DNA from: a virus
Taxonomy: Duplodnaviria; Heunggongvirae; Uroviricota; Caudoviricetes
Strand: one strand, 5' to 3'
Length of the DNA stretch: 64,000 nt
IMG/VR virus record: IMGVR_UViG_2850796239_000011
Coordinates: 29,227 to 93,226 of that record
This document shows, piece after piece, positions 42,532-52,045 of the stretch. Below the pieces are notes generated by a model. That model ran no database searches, had not been told where the DNA came from, and saw only the letters and a program-made list of their open reading frames with translations. How positions within the stretch are numbered: position 1 is the first letter of the stretch; every line of letters starts with the position of its first letter. A program made the position numbers and the translations under genes.

Positions 42532-42606
42532 TTGGCGGGACAGCGTGGACTCGAACCACGATAAGAAGGTTAACAGCCTTCCGTAATGACCTTTATACGA
42601 CTGACC
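42532..42606 (-). tRNA. tRNA-like gene (possible Asn, anticodon GUU), imperfect
   Basis: Perfect anticodon stem, loop CUGUUAA, GGTTCGAGTCC T-arm, 3' CCA; one acceptor-stem mismatch and 3-bp D stem. Confidence 0.45.
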
Positions 42607-42796
42607 CAAATAAAAAATCCCGAAAGCAGGCTCTATTCCTATGTGCTCTCGAGTTTATGATGCGCATGTCAGTGCGCTTAGCGAAAAACGCCGTAAACCC
42701 TCGCCCGACAGGGCGGGGAGCAGTCACAACTTAAAGATGAGGTGGGTAAAAAACCGAAAGAATGTGAACGGATATAAACCTGCCATTCTTGAGTCA

Positions 42797-42825
42797 AATT
42801 TACCCAACTTTATTCAAAAAGTCAA
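42797..42825 (-). promoter_or_regulatory. Late promoter PR' (-35 TTGACT, -10 TAAATT)
   Basis: Same hexamers and context as recalled lambda PR', just downstream of Q. Confidence 0.6.
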
Positions 42826-42835
42826 TATCATGCCG

Positions 42836-43459
42836 CTAACGTGTGACCGCATTCAAAATGTTGTCTGCGATTGACTCTTCTTTGTGGCATTGCACCACCA
42901 GAGCGTCATACAGCGGCTTAACAGTGCGTGACCATGTGGGTTGGGTGAGGTTTGGGATTAGCATCGTTACAGCGCGATATGCTGCACTTGCTGGCATCCT
43001 TGAATAGCCGACACCTTTGCATCTTCCGCACTCTTTCTCGACAACTCTCCCCCACTGCTCTGTTTTGGCTATATCAACTGCCAGACCTGTTCCGTGGCAA
43101 TCTCTGCATCTTGCGCCCGGCGTCGCGGCACTACGGCAATAATCCGCATAAGCGAATGTTGCGAGCACTTGCAGTACCTTTGCCTTAGTATTTCCTTCGA
43201 GCTTTGCCACACCACGGTATTTCCCCGATACCTTGTGTGCAAATTGCATCAGATAGTTGATAGCCTTTTGTTTGTCGTTCTGGCTGAGTTCATGCTTACC
43301 GCAAAATGCAGCCATTCCGAATCCGGCTTGTGATTGCGCCATCCCCATAGCAGCCATCACATCAGTACCGGAAAGAGAGTCAGAAGCCGTAGCCCGTGGT
43401 GAGTCGCTCATCATCGGGCTTTTTGGCGAATGAAATTTAGCTACGCTTTCGAGTCTCAT
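42836..43459 (-). CDS. Q: Antiterminator Q (lambda type)
   Basis: 207 aa, near-identical to recalled lambda Q. Confidence 0.95.
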   Translation of the reverse strand: MRLESVAKFHSPKSPMMSDSPRATASDSLSGTDVMAAMGMAQSQAGFGMAAFCGKHELSQNDKQKAINYLMQFAHKVSGKYRGVAKLEGNTKAKVLQVLATFAYADYCRSAATPGARCRDCHGTGLAVDIAKTEQWGRVVEKECGRCKGVGYSRMPASAAYRAVTMLIPNLTQPTWSRTVKPLYDALVVQCHKEESIADNILNAVTR

Positions 43460-43644
43460 CGTCTTCCCCTCTTGCCCTGTTTGACCATCAGGACGCCGTT
43501 AACTATTACGTGACGCTCGCCTTTGCTGTCTCGGTTGTACTTGAGCACTGTTCCTCTTGCGCAGGAAAGCATCCTCGCCACTTCGGTCTGATTGCCTCGT
43601 GTCTGGATAAGAAGCTCTGGTATCGTTTGAATTGTGGCGTTCAT
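43456..43644 (-). CDS. ninH: NinH-like protein
   Basis: 62 aa; resembles lambda NinH. Confidence 0.6.
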   Translation of the reverse strand: MNATIQTIPELLIQTRGNQTEVARMLSCARGTVLKYNRDSKGERHVIVNGVLMVKQGKRGRR

Positions 43645-44003
43645 ACGTTCTCCAGTTCGGTGATTTTTATTCCAAGCCTTCCGCCTGGTACTTTCACACC
43701 ACGAATTACGCGAATGTCATCGAATTGCTCGTCGTCTTCCGCAAATCCGGCGTGGATAAGAGAGTCGAGTAGCCCCTTCAGGATGTTGTCGAGGTCGCGG
43801 CGGCGGGAGTCTGGAACGTCTGCGATGACTTTGATGCGGAGTCGTGCTTTGGTGAAAATATCTAACTTGAGTTGGCGGATGATTTGCTGAACGTCTTTTC
43901 GGTATTTCTGGCCTTTATCGCTGATGTAGTATCGGCTTCCCCGTCTTCGCCAGTAGGTGTTCAGCGACGGTGGGTATGGAAGCACAAACTGATATTCGTT
44001 CAT
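43641..44003 (-). CDS. rusA: Holliday-junction resolvase RusA
   Basis: 120 aa; RusA motifs. Confidence 0.9.
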   Translation of the reverse strand: MNEYQFVLPYPPSLNTYWRRRGSRYYISDKGQKYRKDVQQIIRQLKLDIFTKARLRIKVIADVPDSRRRDLDNILKGLLDSLIHAGFAEDDEQFDDIRVIRGVKVPGGRLGIKITELENV

Positions 44004-44290
44004 GGCTTAATCTTCCCCTCCTTCAGCAGTATCGCCTGCGTCCTGATCACGCCTTCGAGGTGGTAAAGTCTGGCGTCTTTGTTGTCGAGGTTATGGGTGC
44101 GTCGGTCGATTTCATCGTGACACGCGCTACAAGCCCATGCGCCGATCAGGTCGTCAGGCTTCATTCCCGTTCCGCAAATTCCAGCCATCCGGTAATGTGC
44201 CAGAACTGTAGTTTCAGGATTGCCATTGCATACGCCGTAAATACGTACCTGGCATTCTCTGCCGCGCGCTTCTTTGCGTAAGTTAGCCAT
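44000..44290 (-). CDS. YbcO-like protein (DUF1364)
   Basis: Cys-rich pattern recalled from DLP12 YbcO. Confidence 0.7.
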   Translation of the reverse strand: MANLRKEARGRECQVRIYGVCNGNPETTVLAHYRMAGICGTGMKPDDLIGAWACSACHDEIDRRTHNLDNKDARLYHLEGVIRTQAILLKEGKIKP

Positions 44291-44349
44291 TAAGCAGCCT
44301 CCCCTGTTACTTTCAGCATTCCGTTATAGAGCAGCTTTCTGGTCAGCCA

Positions 44350-45018
44350 CTATTGGCCACGCCCGGTGATTTTTGTGGTGAACGATATCTGTATTCCGTG
44401 ATTTGTGTTGACTGCTGTTTCTTTCACTGTGAAATAGCCGCGATCCATATATTCCTGCATTGGCACATTGCGCCGGGAACCTGAAGCAATAAGGATTTTG
44501 TGATCGCGCATCCACGCAAACAGTTTGTTTGGACCAATTCCAACAACCTTTGCAAAGTTTCCAATCAAAATTCCGCTGGCCTCGCTAACGCGATCGGCAA
44601 ACTCAACTTTAGGTGCTGCGAGAGCAAGCTGTTTCTCCAGTTCAGCCTTCTGGTCTTCAAGGTCGGCCGCAAGGCGCAATGCCTCAGAAAAGGTTTGTGG
44701 GATTTTCGCGGTTGCCCCTTCAAGCTCTCGCCAACGGTCAACAAGACGAGCGGTGAATTCCGGCGACAACTGGGCAACGACAATAATGCTGTCGCGCTTA
44801 CCTTGTTCGCCTTCGAAGACGTAATGCTCGTACTGAACATTGAACCCTAAGTTATTGATTCTTTCGGAAACCTCAAATTGAGGATGCCGGATAACACCAT
44901 TTTTAGCCAGCGTTTCGATGGTACGTTTCACATTGTCATGACGCTTACCCACCAACTCAGCGATTTCAATGCTGGTCATTTTGATGGCGTTGCTATTTAT
45001 CAGCTCGTTCATTGTCAT
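44350..45018 (-). CDS. Phage antirepressor (KilAC domain)
   Basis: Paralogue of 6657..7370. Confidence 0.8.
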   Translation of the reverse strand: MTMNELINSNAIKMTSIEIAELVGKRHDNVKRTIETLAKNGVIRHPQFEVSERINNLGFNVQYEHYVFEGEQGKRDSIIVVAQLSPEFTARLVDRWRELEGATAKIPQTFSEALRLAADLEDQKAELEKQLALAAPKVEFADRVSEASGILIGNFAKVVGIGPNKLFAWMRDHKILIASGSRRNVPMQEYMDRGYFTVKETAVNTNHGIQISFTTKITGRGQ

Positions 45019-45086
45019 GTCCTCTCATATTGAAAATTCAGCAATAAAAAACCCAGCCGAAGCTGGGTCGTTGCGTTGGCAATCTG

Positions 45087-45773
45087 TCAGTAGTGATGTA
45101 GTGAAGGAGGTAATTCTTTGTTCTTAAGTCTTACCCATGCAGAAAGATTCGTTGGTCCGTCTGGCTCATTAATATCAACATCTCGTGTGTGATTGATTAA
45201 AACGTCTCTCGCCATTCCGATAACATACGAGAACTCATGACCGTAGTCGTGGCATCTGCCGGAATAGTTAGACTGAATTTGTCTTAGCGCCGGATACAGT
45301 TCGCGGAATAATGCCTGTGAGCGGTTGGCATAATCCCACAACCATACCAGACTGTTTGCATCTTTTGCAGAAAGCTCGCTGGTTTTCTTCTCGTGATGAC
45401 CTGCGCTTTTCGAAGTCTGGCTGAAATAGCAGTCTTCCAGTTTTTCGAACACGTCCCATGCCTGATCGGTTTCGAGCATCTTCGCGTGACGAGCTGCGCC
45501 GCGTTCTGTCCAGAGGATGAGGGAGCGGGTTTTTGGAGAAATTTTCACCTCATTTTGCGACTCGTTTAAAACTAGTCGCAAATTTTTGAGCTCATCACCA
45601 ACAGCTTTAAAGAAGTGTTTTCCCTCAATAAATCGAGATTTATTTTCATGGTGATTCTGCTGTATACGGATTGCTTCTGTTCCGTAAAGGCGGGCGAGTA
45701 ACTCAGTTGTGATTACAGGAATCTGGTTATAAGTGACAGGGGAAAGGTTTTTGACAGCAACTTGAACAGTCAT
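45087..45773 (-). CDS. Roi-like DNA-binding/antirepressor-family protein
   Basis: 228 aa; ORF6N/Bro-N-like N-terminus by recall. Confidence 0.55.
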   Translation of the reverse strand: MTVQVAVKNLSPVTYNQIPVITTELLARLYGTEAIRIQQNHHENKSRFIEGKHFFKAVGDELKNLRLVLNESQNEVKISPKTRSLILWTERGAARHAKMLETDQAWDVFEKLEDCYFSQTSKSAGHHEKKTSELSAKDANSLVWLWDYANRSQALFRELYPALRQIQSNYSGRCHDYGHEFSYVIGMARDVLINHTRDVDINEPDGPTNLSAWVRLKNKELPPSLHHY

Positions 45774-45939
45774 AACGACCTCGCGTTTCGATAATTTTTA
45801 CCTCACCACCTTCAGGTTCCAATCATCGGGTGGCGAACTGTGCAGGGTTGGAACTACCGGTCGAAACATCCGGCGCACCTTTCGGTGCCCCCACACAGCC
45901 CGCCATAAATCGCGAATGTGACTGTGCTTAGCGCATAAA

Positions 45940-45965
45940 AAAACCGCCAGCGCGGTATGCACCGT
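45940..45965 (-). terminator. Putative weak intrinsic terminator (tR-like) in nin region
   Basis: Short GC stem followed by U7 on minus strand. Confidence 0.3.
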
Positions 45966-46091
45966 TTCGATATCCGGGGTTCCAATCCCGACGCCAGATT
46001 TTGCTGGCGCGTGAGGAATATAGCCCCGGATATGTGTTGTCGTCAACTACAGGCCTTGAATGCATATAACGATTTTGTTATGTTGATACCT

Positions 46092-46421
46092 ATGAACTAC
46101 ACTATCGAATACTACAGTGAAGATGTAAGGCTGGAAGTCGATCGGCTTCCATTGAGTATGCGTGCCCGATACCAACATCTCGTTGAACGTATGAAGATAT
46201 ATGGCAGCAATCTCGGAGAACCTCACACCAGCGCCTTTGGTGACGGACTTTTCGAACTCAGAATTAAAGGCAACGATGGGATCGCGCGTGTTTTTTACTG
46301 CACTCTGACAGGGAAACGCATCATCATGCTGCATAGTTTTGTAAAGAAAACGCAGAAAACACCGCCAGCCGAACGCAAGAAAGCTGAAACCAGAATGAAG
46401 GAGGTTAAGCATGACTGGTAA
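46092..46421 (+). CDS. Type II toxin, RelE/HigB-like (Gp49 family)
   Basis: ARVFY...IIMLHSFVKKTQKTP motif; 11-bp overlap with downstream antitoxin. Confidence 0.7.
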   Translation: MNYTIEYYSEDVRLEVDRLPLSMRARYQHLVERMKIYGSNLGEPHTSAFGDGLFELRIKGNDGIARVFYCTLTGKRIIMLHSFVKKTQKTPPAERKKAETRMKEVKHDW

Positions 46422-46719
46422 ACGCACTCTCCCCACCATGACACACGACGAAATGGCAGCCAAATGGATGGAAGACCCGGCTTTTAAAGCAGAATACGAC
46501 GCTATCGCTGACGAATTCGCACTGCTTGATGAAATGCTGGCAGCACGCAAAGAAGCTGGCTTAACTCAGGCTGAAGTTGCCGAGCGAATGGGAACAAAAG
46601 CGACCGCGATCACCAGAATGGAAAGTAATCTCGCATCAGGTATCAGCGGCCCATCATTTGCCACCCTAAAAAAATTCGCCCGCGCTACTGGAAAAAAACT
46701 CCAGATCCGCTTCGTTTAA
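46411..46719 (+). CDS. Type II antitoxin, HTH-XRE (HigA-like)
   Basis: HTH GLTQAEVAERMGTKATAITRME...; operon partner. Confidence 0.7.
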   Translation: MTGKRTLPTMTHDEMAAKWMEDPAFKAEYDAIADEFALLDEMLAARKEAGLTQAEVAERMGTKATAITRMESNLASGISGPSFATLKKFARATGKKLQIRFV

Positions 46720-46760
46720 CCACACCGCGCCGTCATTCTGGCGGCGCACCGGATAAATAG

Positions 46761-46937
46761 TCATTTCCTCGCACGATGTCTTAGCCACCGGATATCCCAC
46801 AGGTGAGCCGTGTAGTTGAAGGTTTTTACGTCAGATTCTTTTGGGATTGGCTTGCATTTATTTCTGGAGCGTTTCGTTGGAAGGTATTTGCAGTTTTCAC
46901 AGATGATGTCGGTGAAACTTCGTCGCTGTCGCCTCAT
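46761..46937 (-). CDS. ninE: NinE
   Basis: Hand translation [27 protein letters not shown]... matches recalled lambda NinE; ATGA overlap with NinB. Confidence 0.75.
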   Translation of the reverse strand: MRRQRRSFTDIICENCKYLPTKRSRNKCKPIPKESDVKTFNYTAHLWDIRWLRHRARK

Positions 46938-47344
46938 TCATACCTCCTGTCGGTAAATCTGACACCCTGACCAATAGCCCAGGCTGTCGTGTACTCAATC
47001 AGACTTGCCATACGCTTCACACTCATCTGCGCGCTGCTTTCGCGAATGTTGACGAATTCGCCTTCAAGGCCGCGCAAAACATCAGCTTCCTGTTTTGTTG
47101 CCACTGCATGACCGCTAATCAACAAAACCTTCCATTGTTCCGGTTTTAACCATTTGCCGCACCATTGAACCTGACGAGCGATATCCGCCAGCATCGCGTG
47201 AAATTTTGCGTTCTGGTCAAGATTTCGCTTGTAGTCAGTAATGCGGATTGTGACTGGCTTGTCTTTATCGAGTGGTGTTGAGAGGATGGCGTTGATTGCG
47301 GCTTGCTGTTGTTGCTTACTTCGGAGGAAGATTGTTTGCTTCAT
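46934..47344 (-). CDS. ninB: NinB recombination protein
   Basis: 136 aa; resembles lambda NinB. Confidence 0.8.
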   Translation of the reverse strand: MKQTIFLRSKQQQQAAINAILSTPLDKDKPVTIRITDYKRNLDQNAKFHAMLADIARQVQWCGKWLKPEQWKVLLISGHAVATKQEADVLRGLEGEFVNIRESSAQMSVKRMASLIEYTTAWAIGQGVRFTDRRYE

Positions 47345-47346
47345 CG

Positions 47347-47619
47347 TTACTCCTTCACTTTGACTCCAGCAGCGCGGATGTTTTCCTCATAAGCATCCAT
47401 TGCATCACCGAAGCCATTGGAATAATCAACAGTAAACCCTTTGGATAATGCTTCTCTGCTGTCGATAAACTTTGGCGCGGTTATTTCAATATCTGCTCGC
47501 GATGCCTGCCACGCCTCCCATGCAATCTCAACCTTGATGTGCATCATCTTCATCACGTCACTTGAAACGTGATATTTGTTTTTAAACCATTCTTCAAACT
47601 GCTTTCTTGATTCATCCAT
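47347..47619 (-). CDS. Hypothetical phage protein (90 aa)
   Basis: Operon position. Confidence 0.5.
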   Translation of the reverse strand: MDESRKQFEEWFKNKYHVSSDVMKMMHIKVEIAWEAWQASRADIEITAPKFIDSREALSKGFTVDYSNGFGDAMDAYEENIRAAGVKVKE

Positions 47620-47636
47620 CGATACTTACCCTCAGT

Positions 47637-47843
47637 TCAACTCACAAAACGCCACGCCATTTTTGCTATAGCGACAGGCATAACACCGATAATCACCCAG
47701 ACAAATGTAGCGCCAAACAACGTATACCATGGGTCTTTACCGTCATTCACAAGACGAATGTAGCCATGCAGAACAATAAAAAACGTCAGAAGAATCCATC
47801 CAACGCCAACGCATTTGAGTGCGACGAGCATAAACTCAACCAC
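47637..47843 (-). CDS. Small membrane protein (68 aa)
   Basis: Two hydrophobic segments. Confidence 0.4.
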   Translation of the reverse strand: MVEFMLVALKCVGVGWILLTFFIVLHGYIRLVNDGKDPWYTLFGATFVWVIIGVMPVAIAKMAWRFVS

Positions 47844-47918
47844 GATTTACTCTCCCCCAAATAAAAAGGCCTGCGATTACCAGCAGGCCTGTTATTAGCT
47901 CAGTGATGTAGATGGTCA

Positions 47919-49370
47919 TCAGAATCCTCCTTTCTTCTTGGACTGCGGTTCCTCGCGTTCACGTCGGCGCATTTCAGCAGACTGTTGGTCTGTGTCATAA
48001 ATAGCGCCATTTGCCTGAATGCAATACACCGTGCCGGTATTGCCATGACGATTGAGACGAAGGATTAGTTCGGTTTCACCAGGTGGAACACTGTCATCAA
48101 AAGCACCTTCACGATGGATCCCCACCCAATAATCGCAATCCTGTTCAATCTGCCCTGTATCTCGTGAGTCACTTGGTAATGGGCGTTTATTGGTTCGGCT
48201 TTCCAGTGCGCGGTTAAGCTGCGTCAGAAGCACAACAACGCAATCAAGCTCTTTGGCAAGGTTCTTCAGTCCTTTGGTGATCATGCCGTAGGCAAGGTCG
48301 TTGCGATCGGCCTTTTCAGCGGTCATTAGTGTCAGGTAATCGACCAGAATCATGCCAACACATCCTTTTTCTCGCTTGATTCGACGGCTTTCGCTGACGA
48401 TTTGAGCCAGAGATAATCCCGGCGTGTCGTCGATGTAAAGCAGGTCGATTTCACTCAAGCGATTGGCTGTTTCGATCGCCCTGTTGAAGTCACCATCGTA
48501 ATCACCCTGATAGCCGTCATCGGCGTCATTTGTCGCCGGAAGGTAAAAAATATTCGGGTTAACACCAGACTTCTGCCCTACCAGTTTTTCCAGTATCTGA
48601 TCACCTGGCATTTCAAGGCTGAACATCAGAGCGGGCTTTTTCTCATGCACTGCGCAGTTGATTGCCATCTGGCTGTATAGCGTCGTTTTCCCCATCTTAG
48701 GGCGAGCGCCAATGACAAACAGAGAGCCTTTCACCAGACCTTTCGGTGACAGCATCCTGTCCAGCGATGGGATCCCTGTGCTCATTCCTCGTTGTTCGCC
48801 TGACGGGTCAAAACGCTTCTCAAGGTCGCTAACCCAGTCTTCCATGACCTCACCAAATGAGCGAAGGCCGCGACGTGATCCGGTTTTTGCATGGTCTGTC
48901 AGTTGCGTGAAAATCGCCTGAATAGCTTCGTACTTCTGCGTTGCAGTCATTCCGTTGCGGGAATAGAGCAATTCCGTCGCTTCAGTCATGCGGTTGATGG
49001 CGTAGCGTTCCATTGCGGTTTCGCGAACCTGCATTGCATAGGCAACGATGTTTGCGGCGCTTGGCGTGTTCTTTGCGATCTCAGCGATATAAGCAAAACC
49101 GCCAACAGACACCGTTAACGATTTACGCTCCAGTTCATCGAAAAGCGTCAGGCCATCTACTGGCTTTTGCTCCCGGTGCATTCTGGTTATTTCTTCGAAA
49201 AGGATTTTGTGTGGCCGGCTGTAAAATGAGTCAGGCTTCAGCATCGCAAGAACCTTCTGGACGCGCTCACTGCTGTCATCATCCAGAAGCAATCCACCAA
49301 TCACCGCCTGCTCTGCCTCGATGCTATGGGGCGGCGCATAAAAATTATCGGTCATCGTGTTCACCCTCAC
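47919..49370 (-). CDS. Replicative DNA helicase, DnaB family
   Basis: 483 aa; Walker A GARPKMGKTT; start may be at MTDNFY. Confidence 0.9.
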   Translation of the reverse strand: MRVNTMTDNFYAPPHSIEAEQAVIGGLLLDDDSSERVQKVLAMLKPDSFYSRPHKILFEEITRMHREQKPVDGLTLFDELERKSLTVSVGGFAYIAEIAKNTPSAANIVAYAMQVRETAMERYAINRMTEATELLYSRNGMTATQKYEAIQAIFTQLTDHAKTGSRRGLRSFGEVMEDWVSDLEKRFDPSGEQRGMSTGIPSLDRMLSPKGLVKGSLFVIGARPKMGKTTLYSQMAINCAVHEKKPALMFSLEMPGDQILEKLVGQKSGVNPNIFYLPATNDADDGYQGDYDGDFNRAIETANRLSEIDLLYIDDTPGLSLAQIVSESRRIKREKGCVGMILVDYLTLMTAEKADRNDLAYGMITKGLKNLAKELDCVVVLLTQLNRALESRTNKRPLPSDSRDTGQIEQDCDYWVGIHREGAFDDSVPPGETELILRLNRHGNTGTVYCIQANGAIYDTDQQSAEMRRREREEPQSKKKGGF

Positions 49371-50232
49371 GAACTTTCAGGTAGGTATTATCGTTAAGCA
49401 GGTAATCAAATCCCTTTTTGTACCAGACGGTTCCGCGCTGATGGTTTGGGCGCTCTTCGAACATCCATCGGCAATTTTCGCCTACGTAGCTCAAATAATT
49501 TCTCCAGTCCTGCATCGTGAACCCATGCCCGTCAAGCTGGCGGGTTATCACTCCGGCTTTGCGCCAGAACGTTCGGCTCTGGTTTTTACGCTTGTCATTC
49601 AGTGCGCGGATTCTTGGCGCTTCAGGAAGGATTTCGTGGTAAGCATCGACAACATCCTGACAGCTAACGGAAGGTTTTTTCTTGTCAGACTTTTTGTCTG
49701 CTGTGGCACTCTCTAATACGTCAGTATTAGAGATATTATTTATATTCTTGTTAATACCTTCTTGTTCATGATGTGCGGTTGTTTGTGCGGCTTCATGTGC
49801 GGGTGAATTGTCCATTTTTTGAGCATATTCATGGTAATTTGTGATGGTGATCACACGACCTTTTTGCTTCTCTCCATCAATGGAGATCATCCCCTCTTTC
49901 ACAAAAACCTGAAGCATCCGCTCAACCTGATCACGGCTTGCTGGCTTGCCATGCCTGTCGCATAACTGAAGACCTAAATCAGCTGCTGTCACAACCAGTT
50001 GACCGGGTTGCACATGCCATTCATGACCTTTGAAATTCGCTTTGTATGGCTTTCTGGCAGCATTCAGGAGAAGGTTTTCCCACAGGGTGCGAAGATAAAC
50101 ATCTTTCGCCCATGACTGTTTCAGAATGCTCCGGTACAACGGAATGTAACCAGTTTTCTGGTTCTCCATCCTGTTGCTCCTGCGCTCGTGTGCGGCGCTG
50201 AAATCGTAGATTTTTGCTGTATTGCTCATCAC
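49345..50232 (-). CDS. Replication initiator (O-like) containing the origin
   Basis: Position; internal iterons and AT-rich tract; start ambiguous. Confidence 0.7.
   Translation of the reverse strand: MMSNTAKIYDFSAAHERRSNRMENQKTGYIPLYRSILKQSWAKDVYLRTLWENLLLNAARKPYKANFKGHEWHVQPGQLVVTAADLGLQLCDRHGKPASRDQVERMLQVFVKEGMISIDGEKQKGRVITITNYHEYAQKMDNSPAHEAAQTTAHHEQEGINKNINNISNTDVLESATADKKSDKKKPSVSCQDVVDAYHEILPEAPRIRALNDKRKNQSRTFWRKAGVITRQLDGHGFTMQDWRNYLSYVGENCRWMFEERPNHQRGTVWYKKGFDYLLNDNTYLKVREGEHDDR
49715..49802. repeat. Putative origin: TGTGCGG x3 at ~11-bp spacing plus AT-rich tract
   Basis: Repeats at 49773, 49784, 49796; AT-rich 49717..49760. Confidence 0.5.
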
Positions 50233-50504
50233 TACCTGCCTTGACGAAAGACCTTAAGAACATCGTTAAACTGACTTACGGATATGTCTTCTTTGAGCAG
50301 CTTTTCCAGAAATGCGTTTGGAATGAACGTATATCCCTCCTCTTTTGGTAGAGACGGGAGCAACGCCCTCGCCTCAGCTTTCAGAAGCTCAGTTCTGGCA
50401 ACTTTCACAAAAGAGATTTGAGTTCTTTCATCAATGGAACGAAGGAAGCGCAAACGCTTAGCTTCTTTGTGTGTATCAGGTGGATTAAAGCCTTTGTTTC
50501 GCAT
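50232..50504 (-). CDS. Hypothetical protein (90 aa) between cII and O
   Basis: Start reassigned to MRNKGF with RBS GAGGT. Confidence 0.45.
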   Translation of the reverse strand: MRNKGFNPPDTHKEAKRLRFLRSIDERTQISFVKVARTELLKAEARALLPSLPKEEGYTFIPNAFLEKLLKEDISVSQFNDVLKVFRQGR

Positions 50505-50526
50505 ATAATTACCTCGTTGGATGTTG

Positions 50527-50826
50527 TTAAAATTCCATCTGGATTTGTTCAGAACGCTCGGTCTTGCACACCGGGCGTTTTTTATTGGTGAGTCCATCAA
50601 GCGCATACTTAAAAGCCCTGCTAATCGGACTGATGTCTGATGCCATTCCGAAAGCACACAAGACCGAAGCAATAAACCGCCAGTCGGTACGACTGATCTT
50701 CGATTCATGGCAGCCAATCATCTTTGCCAGACCGCGCTGTGTAAGCGTTGACAGGTTGATAAGTAAATCTGTTTCTGCGCGATCAACGTCGCGCTGTGAT
50801 AGTTTGCTGTAACTTGTTTGTTCCAT
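50527..50826 (-). CDS. cII: Transcriptional activator CII
   Basis: C-terminus TNKKRP..ERSEQIQMEF as in lambda CII. Confidence 0.85.
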   Translation of the reverse strand: MEQTSYSKLSQRDVDRAETDLLINLSTLTQRGLAKMIGCHESKISRTDWRFIASVLCAFGMASDISPISRAFKYALDGLTNKKRPVCKTERSEQIQMEF

Positions 50827-50911
50827 TTCTTAAGATTTCCAATAGTGAATAGTTAGTTGAAAGGTATGCATGGAAACGCATATGGCCTTAGTTGGTCAGA
50901 TATCTTGGGGC

Positions 50912-50926
50912 TCGCTTTGTCAGCGA
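50912..50926 (-). promoter_or_regulatory. nutR boxB-like hairpin
   Basis: TCGCTGACAAAGCGA hairpin on the transcribed strand between cro and cII. Confidence 0.5.
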
Positions 50927-50964
50927 CGTAGGACGAATGCCCATTGTGAAAATAGCGGTGTTAC

Positions 50965-51189
50965 TTATGCTGCCTGATTCGGTTTTGGAAACAGGTGTGG
51001 TAAATCTGGGCGAATTTCGTAAGCCTTGATCTGCCCTCCAGTGGCGTTAACGATGGCGGTAACTTTCTCTGGAGAAACCTGCCCGCCTTTCAGCCATTTG
51101 TGTACTGCTGGCTGCGTTACACCACACTTGTCGGCAAGCCGCTTTTGACTACCGACAATCTTCAAGGCTCGTTGAATTACTAAATTCAT
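50965..51189 (-). CDS. Cro-like repressor
   Basis: HTH LADKCGVTQPAVHKWL; start chosen at MNLVIQ with RBS AGAGG. Confidence 0.75.
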   Translation of the reverse strand: MNLVIQRALKIVGSQKRLADKCGVTQPAVHKWLKGGQVSPEKVTAIVNATGGQIKAYEIRPDLPHLFPKPNQAA

Positions 51190-51225
51190 GAGCATACCTC
51201 TTTCAGCCATTACTTATAACCAAGG

Positions 51226-51288
51226 ATAACCCAAGTTATAAAAGATAGCAATAACCTTTATTATTTTACTTTGGATAACCGTAGTTAT
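51226..51288. promoter_or_regulatory. OR operators ATAAC-N4-GTTAT (two sites)
   Basis: ATAACCCAAGTTAT at 51226..51239 and ATAACCGTAGTTAT at 51275..51288 between cro and cI. Confidence 0.5.
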
Positions 51289-51300
51289 AGATTTGTGGAT

Positions 51301-52008
51301 ATGAAAACATTCGCAGAAAGACTAAATGCAGCCATGAGATCGGCAGGGGTGTCGCAATCACAGCTTGCGGACATGGTTGGAATATCTCAGCCAGCCATAC
51401 AGAAGATGTCATCCGGTAAAACAAACGGATCTCGCAAGATGGTTGAGTTAGCTAATGCTTTAAAAGTACGCCCTGAATGGCTTAGTTCTGGTATTGGTGA
51501 AATGAGGGATGGTACACATGAAGAACCATCCAATATCCGTGAGTCATCTTTAAAAGCTGTGGTATGGGAAGACATTAAAAAAAACGATGACGAGTTTGTC
51601 GCATTGCCTCTTCTTAACGTTTCGCTTTCGGCTGGAAGCGGTAGCTGCGAGATAGAAGAATCATCAGAGTTCTCTTTGGTTTTCAGAAAGTACTATCTGA
51701 AAAAGATGGGGGTAACTGAAAGTTCTGCCAAGCTGGTAAGGGTAACAGGTCAAAGCATGGAACCAACTCTTCACGATGGCGATGTTGTTGGTGTTAACAC
51801 ACAAGATACCACCATCAGAGATGGTAAAACCTACGCTATTTGCCAGTCTGATTTGTTGCGAGTAAAAACATTAATCGCCACTCCTACATCGGTGATAATC
51901 AGATCAATAAATCGCGAAGAGTACCCGGATGAAGTAATGGATAGAGATGAATTTCATAAAACCGTAAGGATTATTGGCAGAGTATTCTGGTCATCGCATA
52001 GCTGGTAA
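51301..52008 (+). CDS. CI-type repressor (HTH + S24 peptidase)
   Basis: HTH at N-terminus, GQSMEP serine motif. Confidence 0.85.
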   Translation: MKTFAERLNAAMRSAGVSQSQLADMVGISQPAIQKMSSGKTNGSRKMVELANALKVRPEWLSSGIGEMRDGTHEEPSNIRESSLKAVVWEDIKKNDDEFVALPLLNVSLSAGSGSCEIEESSEFSLVFRKYYLKKMGVTESSAKLVRVTGQSMEPTLHDGDVVGVNTQDTTIRDGKTYAICQSDLLRVKTLIATPTSVIIRSINREEYPDEVMDRDEFHKTVRIIGRVFWSSHSW

Positions 52009-52045
52009 CCAGTGGCCTGAAGAAACGTTTGGGTGAGGAGGATAG

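Noticed and set aside
42607-42796. Possible third tRNA or tR' terminator between PR' and the tRNAs
   Set aside because: No cloverleaf could be folded; the GC hairpin at ~42690 lacks a following U-run.
45798-46046. 82-aa minus-strand ORF
   Set aside because: Lies in intergenic DNA with hairpins; no RBS; composition atypical.
46047-46550. 167-aa minus-strand ORF
   Set aside because: Antisense to the well-supported Gp49/XRE pair; low-complexity translation.
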